A DNA stretch of 64,000 bases, taken from contig NC_068990.1 in NCBI RefSeq assembly GCF_001194135.2, positions 92,812,965 through 92,876,964 on the forward strand. Reading direction: 5' to 3'. The notes under the pieces are model-generated. The model worked only from the letters and a program-made list of their open reading frames with translations. It searched no databases and was not told where the DNA came from. How positions within the stretch are numbered: position 1 is the first letter of the stretch; every line of letters starts with the position of its first letter. The translations under genes were made by a program, and so were the position numbers. This document shows positions 14,101-26,900 of this stretch, piece after piece. Source of the stretch: Octopus bimaculoides. Its lineage: Eukaryota.

Positions 14101-17100
14101 TGGCAGTCCTGGTTTAGGACGAATGTTACTGTAATTTAGCCCCAGGAGACATCAGACTCTAAAAGTACTGATGCTGAATAACTCTTGTTGTGAGATTTAC
14201 AAATAGTAATTTTCTCAGGACAAATTTATTTTACTAAATTCTTGTTTTCAAAATTAATTGAAGTAAAAGAAGTGTATTTCAACACAATACAGTGACAAAA
14301 GGGTTACAGCAGGAAGTTTACCTTGAAGAACAAGGGACAGTGTCAGGTAACATGGTATGAAAAGGGTTAAACACAAACAGACACATGAAATAATTACAAA
14401 TGAATAATTGGGACTTCCTAGAAGTGTTCTTACCTTGAGGAAAAATGGTTTAAACTTTGACTCTGATAATTTCATTACCAAACTGATGATGCTTTTAATA
14501 ATTTCTCCTTCAATTCCATCAATATCCACATTGTCTACTTTGCTAGCCTAGAGAAAAGATAAAGTGAACAGCTTATCAAAGGGACAGTCAGTGAACATGT
14601 TTACAAAACATAATGGCCAATAAATAGGTGAGAAAACTGTTGTTATTAAACAGGTGACAAATACTTGTAATTGAACATGGAGAATTCAGTTAACAGAATG
14701 AAAATAGTGAAAAACAAAATGTATGAAAGTATTGTTGAACTGAGAATACACACACGTCATTGTTGGTTTAATGTCTATTTTCCATGCATGGGTTAAATGG
14801 AATTTGTTGAGACAGTTTTCTATGGCTGGATGCTTTTTTTATCACCTGCTCAAAGCAAGGTAATACTTCCTAATGGCCAGAGACACATTTCTATGGAAGA
14901 TTGCAAACAAATGACATCGCTTCTATGACAGTGACACTAGTTTACAACAATTGTCCAAGTGGTTGCAAAGTAAGTTTTTTAACCACACGGCCATATATAT
15001 ATGTGTGTTTGTGTGTATTTACATGTACACACACACACACACACACATGTGCACAGAAAAAAGGCAGACAGCAGTGACTCACCTTACACTGAAGTCGGAA
15101 TTCAAGACATGTGAGGAAAAACTGTTCCAACTGGAGGAATTGGTTGTTGACTTCTTCTTTGGTCATTGAGTTTGTGATATGGTCAGAAAGAATGGCCATC
15201 AAGCAGGAAATATAAGACTGAAAAATACAATAAACAATAAGAGAGACCAAGAGGAAGCCAGCATTGAGTGACCGAGAAGGAGTTCAATCCCTAGGTCTAT
15301 AACATGATGTAGCTGTTGTATTTGTGGCACTGAATTGAACATAATGGGATTCAGCTGTTAGCAGAAATTGCCAGATTCTCTGTGAATGGTATCTGATAGA
15401 CTAGAATTTTATTCTGAAGGACATCTCCATAACTGCCAAACAATACTGAATCTAGTAGTGTTGGTTTTTTATAAGTTATCTTTAGACTCTTTAGAGACAT
15501 TCTTATTTTGCACATTGTCTTTAGATTTCATTTCAAAATAGAAATTAACCCTTTAACATTTAAGCCAGCCATATCTGATCAAAATAGAAATTAACCCTTT
15601 AACATTTAAGCCAGCCATATCTGATCAAAACTTGGTGTCCGTTTCATGTTCAAACTGGCCTGATTCAGTCTTTCACATTTATCCTACAAATATCATTTCT
15701 AAAAATAAACAATTACATCATTGAAACCTCAAAGCTACAAGATAATCCAGGATTAATTCAAAGAAGCATTACATTTGACAGAGTAATCTAAATGCTGAAG
15801 GGTTAATATGTAATTAAGCTCAATTCGGGTTACAAACCACACAAACTGGAAAGCTATGTGGAACAGAATAAAAGACAATCAAGATATCAGGAAGAAATGT
15901 GACCCAGACATGATAAACTCATCATCTTCGACATCATAACATCCACTTTTCCTTGCTTGCATGGGTCCCACAGAATTCATTGAGGTAGATTTTCTGTGGT
16001 TGGATGCTCTTCCTGTCACCAATCTTCATTTGTTTCCTAGCAAGAGAATGTGATATAAGGATCAAATCAATCCAGACAATGAAGCCAGTCATCTTGATGC
16101 AATCGCACACAAGTACCAGGCTCCCTACAATCGTCAGTCTCACCAATGTGTGACCTTGTAGCTATGTTAGAAACCTTAACTGTTTTGGCAAATAATTAGT
16201 TCCACTTCTTACTTCACTGTTGCCCCTACCATCTAAACACTTGCCCCAAGTTTTCCTTCCCAGAACTGTATCTCTCATGTTTTCTTTATGTCAACTATGA
16301 TGAGTTTGTGATGCTGTTCTTGGAAAATCTGCAAATTTTTATGCCATATTCAACATGTAAGAGTGCACTTGGACATGAGAAGACCTGCTGCTGTGGAACT
16401 AATCTTGGGGAAAGAATTTCTCTCTTGGACATGCGTAAAAACACAAGATGTTATGTTTGTAGATTTTCCAAGAACTTCTCTTCTTTGGATTGAATAACCA
16501 AACCAAAAGGCTCAACTAATTTCGGATGAGAAATTCTGAGGCAAACGGCTTCTTTACAGCCAGGATAACTCATTCAAGAATGAAATATTTTGTAGAGGAG
16601 AGGTTGAATTAGACAAAGAAATCTACAGCATTCTGGATAAAATAGATTTTCTCACCTTATTTTTAAGCAAATAACTCGTATATTGTTTAGTAATAACGGT
16701 GACCAATATCCGTGGTGGAACTTTGGAAGCTATCACTGCACTGAAATTAAACAACAACAACAGTGTTAGTAAACATGTTTACAGATGTGGATGGCTAAAT
16801 GCCAAGTTTAGGAAACAATTTAAATACATGGTAAGCATTTTGAAACCCTCAAATGACTTCAATCAACCACCATCACCACCATCACCATCATCACCATCGT
16901 CATCATGATGATGAATATTTCTCTATGCTGCTATCACTTGGTCTTCCATATGATATTATCTTGGTCTTTCATCATCTCTTCTGTGACATTCAGAACCCTC
17001 TGACACGACCTTATTAATTCTCAATCAGCGTAGAACGAAAGAAATAAGGGCAGTTATTATAGTGGAGAAAAAAAAAACAAAAAAACAACTCACCTCACAC

Positions 17101-20100
17101 CTTTTAATCTGAGAACTAAGTTTGGTATATTAATATCTTCTTCACACGACAAACAGCAGATCTGGAGGGAGAAATCAAGAGAGAACGGTAGCTTATTTCA
17201 ACAAAAGGGAATGTTATTAGGATAATGAATGGTTAAATTATAGAGTGGTTGTTGTTGTTAGGGCAATAGAGTTGGTAAAGCAGTTATTGTTGTAAAAATG
17301 GGGAATAACAGAATTCTTTAGAATGGTAGGCAAATGGTCAAATCCCACCAATGTACATTTTGCCTTTTATCCCCCACCCCCTGGGTCAATAAATAACTCC
17401 CTAGTAAGGAATAGTTTCTTATTTTATTTTGTGACTCAAAGGACAAAAGACAGCACCCATCAACCCTTTCAGGGTTTTATTCTTCCACAGATTTTATACA
17501 CTTTGGATACTCAGCAATTCTTTATTCAGATCTCATGCTCCTTAAGCATCACACACCTGTTCCGGCAATCTAATCCCTTTCACATTTGGATTTTCCTAAT
17601 ACTTAGTCTTTCTCTCATCTCATTTCTACTCCGTAGTTCACACACACACACTAACATTGCACATCCAGTGGAGCATGCTTGGTTCATTCTTTTCTAGTCT
17701 TTGCAGGGTTTCCTGAATTCAGGGCCCATGTCTCACTATAATGAGACCATAATTCATAACCAAATATGTTACAATCTGCTTTGCAGTAGAGATACTTGTA
17801 AGCTTCATTTGCAGAACATCCATCCCCACTGCTAATTAGGTCTCTTAGGCAACAGAACCTATCAAGGCACTATCTTGTCTTACTTGCCTTGGTGTAATAA
17901 AACACAAACAATACCTTTGGTGAGTCTCTGTATGTTTTTTCTAGGTATTACGGCTAAAATATGCAATGCGATACACCGTTTCATAGTACCGGTATATTCT
18001 ATAAAATGAGAAAGACGCAGTCATTGTTTCATTTTTCATTGAGGCAGATTTTCTAAGGCCTGGTACCAATCCTTATTTGTTTCCATGCAAAATAATATTC
18101 CCTGTGATTAGAAATATTTTCACAGAAGATTGGAAACAAACAACACTGCTTGTATGGTCAGTGACATTTATTTACAACAATCACAGATTCTTGTTAATAC
18201 AAGAGATTCCAAGTATTAAAGAAGACTTACATAATCCAGAATATTTCCAATGTAGGGAGAGAGAAATACAGAATGGTACTGAAGCAGGCGCTGTAGAGCA
18301 GTGACAGTACTCAGTAACAGCAATGTGTTTCTGGAAAAAAAAAGAAAAGAAAAAAATATATATATAAACATGCAACCATGCGCTAAATGTGTACCCAATA
18401 ATATAAAGCATGGAGAGAGCTGTGTTTGTCATGTACCCCGTTACATCAACCGGCAGAGCTATGTTCAATGTACATCCAATAATATAAAGCAGTAGAGTTA
18501 TGTCTATTGTGCATCCTATTATGTCAACCTGTAGAACTGTGTTCCATATGTACCCAATAATGTCAACTTGTTATCTGAGAAACGTTTGTCTTAAGAAAAT
18601 AGTCCTTTACATACACAGTCGGTATTTGCATACATTTTGTATTATTAATTATCAACTGAGAGAGAGAGAGAAGCAGATACAAAGAAAGAAAAATTTGGAA
18701 AGCATTTCATAAAATTTGTTACCTGAGGAGAAAATCTCTTTTATCCAACAAATTCATGATAATAGGCATCAATGTTGGAATCTGCTTCAGTACGATGGGG
18801 TCTTCAAAAGGTGTGCTACAGATTTCGCCAATACAGAGCAAGGAGCAGGCCATCAGTTGTGGACTGTCTTCACGTTGTCTTAATATTTGTATTGAGACTA
18901 ATAATGTCTGCAAGACAGAAGTAAAAGAAAATGGTTCAACTGTTGCTGTGATTACATTTACAACTAAGATACATTAGATGATCAGAATTCACTGCTCATG
19001 TGTGACCAACCAGAGCACACAATGCTTAACCATAATGCACAGCTGAGTTAGAAAATGGTTTCACTGGTATAAACACAAAGGATTTTGGAAAACATTATAA
19101 AGCGCTATACATAAAAATATGGACCTCAAAATTTCTTTAATCTTTCATTCATTATTATTAGAAGGGTTTAATGAAATTAGAGTGGAAACTTCAATTTACA
19201 TGTGAACTCTCTAACAGGAATCGTTTTCAGTGGGTGGATTGGTAACATGATACTAGGGTCACTCTTGAGTAGGTTGGCAACATGGGACCAGGAAGTGGTG
19301 GTGGTTGTTGTAACACAGGACCAAACTTAATCTTGGGCAGGGTGGCAATCTGGTAGCAAGGGTGGGCTTGTGTAGGGCGATAAAAGGGTAGCAGAGATGA
19401 TAACTGAATAGAAAGTAGTTGTCATAAGACTAGGGGTTCACAACCTAGGTGTTCACTTGATTGATCATTTAGCTGTGATGTCTTACAGATGGACTGATAT
19501 GATGCGGAGAGAGATATAGTTAGAGGACACATGCATGGAGATCTAATCAGCTGCAACAATCTGTGACACCCGTACTGCATGTGGCAATAATTTATGCAAG
19601 ACTTGTTTATAGTCTTGCTTCAAAATTTGCAACTGCAAGTCAGTATGTCTCTAAGAAAATTGCTTCAGCACCAGTAAGGCTGCTACAATTCAACCAGGTA
19701 ACTACTTATCACCAATGTTGCTAGTGTGCCAATAATGCAGCTAATGCACCATTAAAGAGGCCACATTTCCAATAATGCAACAAGTGCTCTAGTAACACAG
19801 CTACTGCACCAGCAGCAATGCAATTACTGTACCAACAGCAATGCAGTTACTGCACCAACAGCAATGCAGTTAGTGCACTAGCAGCAATGTAGTTACTACA
19901 CCAGTAACAATGCAGTTACCGCACCAGCTGCAATGCAGTTACTGCACCAGTAACAATGCAGTATAGGTCTCAATAAAACATACTGAAAATAACATCAAGA
20001 AAATACAAACACTACAGTAGATATTTGTCCTAGTGTTAGGGAAACTGTCCAAAAGTGGCCAATCCTTCAGACTCAGGCAATTACACAGCTTTTCAGTGGG

Positions 20101-20858
20101 AATGTTAATAAAATATTACTAGTCACCTTCTTCAGTTCGGTTGCTGCATCACATGTGAGATGACGACACAGTAACTTCAACGAATACATTGCTGTTTGGC
20201 AGATGACAATACAAGAATCATCCATTGAGTTCTCTGTGACTATCTTCTTTTCAACGATGTCTGTTAGTTTTGTTACCAATGGCAACAACATGCTGTGCTA
20301 AAATAAAAGAAAGAAAAATATTAGAGATTAATTACAAGAAGTAAAATGATGCTAAATCTTCATTAATTTCTGTTTCAAACAAAACACTTTGTATTTATAG
20401 CGAAAGTAGCAGGAGATCGAGAGATCCCAATGCTTTCTTTAATTCTTCTGATACCAGCCTTCTTGGGACCAACCCTAGTTCTAGGACATAAAACTTCTTG
20501 CTTTAAAACGAGCTAAATTAAAACTTCCACCAAAATTTTGTGTCAAGTCCCAAACACCAGATTCATCATCATGCTGGCATGGGTGGGACAGTTTGACAAG
20601 GGCCAGCCAGGCAGAAACCTGCACCAGACTTCGGTAACTGCTTTGGTGCTTACCAAACTCAAGCTACAAACCCAGGCATACACTTGCAATAGTCAAGCAT
20701 TGCCCATCCATTATGATAACCAAGTCTGGGCTGTTCATTGTTTGACAGACTGGGGGGGGGGGGNNNNNNNNNNGCCATAGAAAACTCTGCTCCAACATAA
20801 CCTCATCCGATCCATGCAAGCAGAGAAAAGTGGACACAATGATGACAATTGTATATAT

Positions 20859-20942
<84 letters not shown>

Positions 20943-23900
20943 TGCCCCCTCATTATTGAGTATGCCCATTGCACGAGGCTTAACTGTTAACAGTGCTGTG
21001 ATCAAACGTGACTTTTTAGCCCAGCTAAAGATCTACAATGTCTTGCACAGAATTGGCAGCTAAAACCTTTACCGGCAACAGCCAGCTGTAGTAACTGGGC
21101 TTCATGTACCTTTGCATGTTTAAGTCCTCCCGCTGAATTACATTCCCTTCTACATACCTGACAGATAATGATTAGTATGGTGTGTAGCACCACCACCAGC
21201 GGCCTGGTTGTCAATCATCTGTCTCGCTTTATGACTACGAGGCAGGGTCTTGCACAGATACTGCATATCAGCATCATAGGAAGACCCTCACCATCTGGAA
21301 GTGCAACAATAATGCCCTTCCTGACATCCCGCCTTACTTTCTCAATGAGATTTCCCAAAATTATACATACATAGAAAGACAGAGAGTATTGCATATAGCT
21401 ACATAGCTTGTACATAACAAACTATAGTTTCAAACAATACAGCAAATCTGCATAAAATTGCAGATATTTCAAAGAAGCAAAATTGAATTTGTGAGTTCAA
21501 AGTTGAAATTCTGACCATATCTCGTGGGATTACTTCAGTGAGTTTGGTGTTGAGTAAATCCATGGACTTCTTTTGGACAGTGGTCAGTTGATGAGTAATT
21601 AGAGTTGATATGACACTGATGAAGACTCGATTGGGCAGTAAGGTGCACACCTAGACAAAAATAGAAACAAACATAGCAAATATAAAACAACTATTAGCAA
21701 ACTAGCATCACCAACCAGAACAAGATGGAGTTACTTTCAGAACTGAAATGAGAAAAAGAAACTAGCAAGGAAATGTTGAACGTAACAGACTCTCGTTAGC
21801 AACCTGTCTGAGATTAGTCCTCGAGACAAACTGCTTGGTTTTAAATGATCAAAATTAAAAACTTTCTCCCATCAAAATTTCATGTTCACTTCTATTCTAA
21901 CAACAAAGTTATTTTATTAAATTCTCCATTATTTTCCAAATTAATTAAAACAAGGACAATGTATTTCAACAGATATATATGGTAACAATAAGGTTAATTA
22001 TATATAATTAATTAAATCAGAATTATATATAATTAATTAGATCAGCTTACCTTATCTAATAAGTGAGAGACTCGGCCCAAAAGTATTTTCCAGAATCGTG
22101 ATGTTGGCAGTTGTTGCTGTTGGTCAGCCATCTTGGAGACCTTACTTAAGTAGTTAAAGACAACCTCAAGTAGTTTCTCATAATGTTCTTGAAGTGTAGC
22201 CTCAGATGTATTTGCTATCTGTAGACAGAAAACAGATGACATACATGCAGGAATCTATTCAAAACGTGTGTGTGTGCAAATATACATACATGTACACACA
22301 CACTTGTATGTGTGTGTGTATTTATATATATTATCTTATAAAGTGTAACAATTGTTCTAACATAGTTATTACTCAAGAGCTCCGGGCCAAACCACAAATT
22401 TACACACAAAGAGACATTTACATTTATAAATGTGTGTGTGTATACACACACACCAATATATCTGCATAATTATATATATATAGTAAGTCAGCCCCTTAAA
22501 TACACCTACAGATAAATATATAGATAGACACAAACATGGTAGACATAGACTGATAGATACATGAAATCATCATCATCATCATCACCATCGTTTAACGTCT
22601 GTTTTCCATGCTGGTATGGGTTGGACGGCTTGACTGAGGTCTGGAGAGCCAGAGGCTGCACCAGGCTCCAATCTGATCTGGCACGATTTCTACAGCTGGA
22701 TGCCTTTTCTAACGCCAACCATTCCGAAGAAACTGACAGACAGACAGACAACACTCTATACTACTAACACACACAAAGAGTATCACCAATGCAGACCACT
22801 CACATACCCCAGTCCATCAGTTGAGTGGATACACCTACCCCTGACTCCGATTCCAGTCTATCACAGGGTACAGACATGACTGTGTGATTTAGGAGCTTGC
22901 TTTGCAACTACATATACAATACCTTGAGCAAGTATCTTTGCTGTAGCTTTGAATTAATCAGAGCCAGTCTCAGAGGCTTTCAAAAAGGTCGTGGACATCA
23001 CCCTTCCTCCCTTAAGTTTTCCATTTTTGTTTATTTTCAAGTTCCTTTGTTTAACCTATCAGCTACAAACAAAAATTAAGAGTTTCAATACCTGGCTGAT
23101 AAATTCTGTCCGTTCAAGCAGACTTACAAAGAAGTTCACGGAGGAATATTTGAAATGTCGAAGCTGTTTGGATGTGTGGTATTCAGTGTTAAAGATTTCA
23201 GTATCCGCACATCGCAGTTGTGTCACAATTTCAGGGACTGATTTCTTCTTCCCTGCACCTAAAGAGGAAAAAAAAAAAAAAAAAAAAAAAAAAATTACCA
23301 TTAATAAGATGTCTGTTTATAGCCAGGAAACATGTTTGGCTGGTGTTAAGAAGGGTGTTCAGCTGTAGAAGCCATGCTAGAGCAGACAGAGTATGATGCA
23401 GTCCTTCAATCTGTCAGATCTTGTCAAACTATCCAACCCATGCCAACATGGAACATGGGTGTTAAAAGATGATGATGAATTGTTAAAATGATTAGTGTTG
23501 ATTGAGAGATCTAATTAGAAATAAACTTACTTTGCTTTATCTCAGTTGGAAGTGTAGATAAATACAGCAACCCATCTCGGATAGCGTCAAGTTGTTGCTC
23601 AGGTGGGAACTGGAAGCTTAAATTCAAGGCAAATTCCAGCTCTGGTGGTGGACCCTCAGGAGATTGAGAATTATATAATGATGACTTTTGTTAGGAATGA
23701 AAAGAGAAAACAGAAATAAGTGAGTCTTCAGTAAAAATGGCAACAGAGAAAATTATTGTATAAACTATTTGCAGTTCTTGATCATTATTACATTAACCCT
23801 TTTGTATTTCTGTTGAAATGCTCTGTGCTTCTTTCAATTACTTTAAATATAACAAAGAATTTAGTAAAATAACTTAGTTATCATTAAGCTAGTGTTAGGA

Positions 23901-26900
23901 ACATAAATTGTGACTAAGGTTTGGCGGAAGATTTTTATTCAGAACTAATGAAAGCAAGATATTTGTAATGCAGAGCCAGAACCGATTTCAGCCGGGTTGG
24001 TAATGAAAGGGTTAAAATAACATGAAAGTAATGGAGCATGTATGGCCCTGGTCAATCAATCTACTGACCCCATCTTCCACAGCTCACATAAAAAATATTT
24101 TAACATGATGTAACGAATGTAATTAAGGCAGTGAGCTGGCAGAACCGTTAGCATGCTGAGCAAACTGGTTAGTGACATTTCTTAGGTTCTGGGTTCAAAT
24201 GTTACCAGGGTTGGCTCTGCCCTTCATGCTTTTGGGGGTCAATGAAAATGAGTAACAGTTGAGTACTGGGGTCAATTTAATCAACTGAGCACCTCCCATG
24301 AAATTGCTGGCCTTGTGCCAAAATTAATACCGCCAAGGTCGACTTTGCCTTTCATCCTTTTGGGGGTTGATTAAATAAGTACCAGTTATGGACTGGGGTC
24401 GACGTAATCGACTTAATCGCTTTGTCTGTCCATGTTTGTCCCCACTATGTTTAGCCCCCTGTGGGCAATAAAGAAACAAATATGTATAAGAGATTGTGTT
24501 GCTGGTGGCAATCAAAGAAACGTACTAAATAAAAAAAAGAAAACAATCAGAGTTAATTTTGTGGTGATGGGATATGTTTAAAAGGTGCTTAATGGAAAAG
24601 GTGTGCAATATGAAATAACACATAAACAGCCAGCCTTACCTGTGAATTGTCGTCTGTCTGTTCCTTAGGAACACTATGAACAACAACATGTTCAACAAAA
24701 AGCAGGAGGAGGCAGGAGAGGTGTCTACCCTGACTGATGATTCTGGAAAGTTCTTTAAATAGCATGATACGTCGATGTGCTGGAATATGAGGGAAGGCAT
24801 CGACAAAAACTTTCAGAACCATTGGTATAACATCATCAACAGTTCCAACATCGGCATTTTGGTATTTGGCACGTTCTTCACAGGCCTAAACAGAAGAATA
24901 CAAGAGAAAATAAAGATTTATAACATAATTAGAAAGCCATGCCATTTATGGGGAGAAACAATGGATATATCAATCCAGAACTTGATGAGTGGATAAAATC
25001 ATCATCATTGTTTAATGTCTGACTTCCATACTAGCATGGGTTGGACACAGCAGCTGCACCATGCTCCAATCTGATCTGGCAACGTTTCTACAGCTAGATG
25101 CCCTTCCTAATGCCAACCACTCCAAGAGTGTAGTGGGTACTTTTTACATGCCACTGGCACAGGAGCCAGTGAGGGGGCACTGGCATCGACCACAAATAAA
25201 AAAAAAAATACCCAGATCAGTGAGTGTGGACTAAGAATGCAAAGTAACCTGACTAAATACTGCATGACATTCTGACTGTTTCTCTACTGATTCTAAGGAC
25301 AAGGCTGCAGAATGTGGACACAATTTTTGCAGGAATGCATGTGAAACAAGGGATTACATGTTTGTGGCAGCTGCAATAAAATAATCAACAACAACATAAT
25401 AATAATAATTGTCAAAGTTCAGACTTACCGCTAACAAAGCTGGAATGACTGTTTCCAATGTCCGATATATCATACTGAAGCTGTATGTGTCATCTTGTCT
25501 CACCATTGTGCCACCAACAAATGTGAACACTGCCATTACGTTGTGCAACAACATCTCCTGCAAACAATAAAAACAAGATTCAATAATTGTGTCCCAATAT
25601 ATATAAATACACACACACACACACACAACATTTAACCAAATATCTCAGATCTAAAGAGCATCTTTTAGTACTCTCTGGAAGAATTAAAAAGCTGTCCCTA
25701 TTCAGTTTCAGGTTTTATTCAGTTGCTGCCCTTACAGTAGTTTGCAGAGTTGGCAACTTCTCCATTCATTATGCGCACACACACACACACACACAGACAG
25801 ACAGAGACAAGGCCTTACCGGATCTATTTTAGCAGCAACAGTAAGCAGTAACAGTGCATGGTGATGGGTCTGTGGACTGCTGGATGTGCGAATACATTTA
25901 ACTATAAGTTCCATGTCAAACTTTTGTGTTTGAAGAATTGCTGAAAAATAAAAGAAAACCATTAACATGAGCTACACAGAAGAGCACCATGGAGACTAAC
26001 TGGAAAATGTAAGTGGTAGCTCTGGGTGAGAAAACCATGTGGTGAGGAACTGTGAAGGGTGTAAACAATGTACAACTATACAGGGAAACTGGTGAATAAA
26101 ATGAAATGAGCTGAAGATATATATATATAAATGAAATGAAATGCATATAAATAATAAATATATATGTTGAAGGAATCCGGGGTAGAGGGAGACCCAGGAA
26201 GACATGGGATGAGGTAATGAAGCATGACCTTCAAATGTTGAGCCTTCACGAAGGCAATGACGAAAGACCGAGACCTCTGAAGATATGCTGTGACTGCGAT
26301 GACCCAACAAATAAAGTGAGTTCATGGTTGTATCCTACATCAGTTTCGCATAACCAGCCCACTCAAAAGTACCTTGGATCGTAGGGCGACCTGCTGTGCT
26401 TGAGGAGACCCATTGAGTCAAGTATATCAACATCAAAATGAAAATCAAATGGAAATTGTAGTTGTGATACCCATGCCAGTGGCATGTAAAAAGCACCAAC
26501 CGATCGTGGCCATTGCCAGCCTCCTGGCCCCTGTGCTGGTGGCATGTAAAAAGCACCCACTACACTCATGGAGTGGTTGGTGTTAGGAAAGGCATCCAGC
26601 TGTAGAAACACTGCCAGATCAGACTGGGGCCTGGTGCAGCCTCCTGGCTTCCCAGACCCCAGTCAAACCGTCCAACCCATGCCAGCATGGAAAACGGACG
26701 TTAAACAACGATGATGATGATGATGATGATGATGCATATATGAGTACAGGATGTCACCAACTGTAAACAACATGAAGTACGAAAACAAGTGAGTGAAATA
26801 GGCAAACAACAAGAGAGAAACAAAACAATGAAAACAGGACAAGTAACACAAAAAAACGAATTAACCAGTGAAGTTAATTAGAGGTGAAAATGTAGGTGAT

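Noticed and set aside
19802-19962. CRISPR-like array
   Set aside because: The units are contiguous with no unique spacers, there are no cas genes, and the context is a eukaryotic intron.
21002-21214. Host C2H2 zinc-finger gene nested in HEATR1
   Set aside because: It has frame disruptions, no splice signals, and ends in a LINE-type 3' end with a microsatellite tail.
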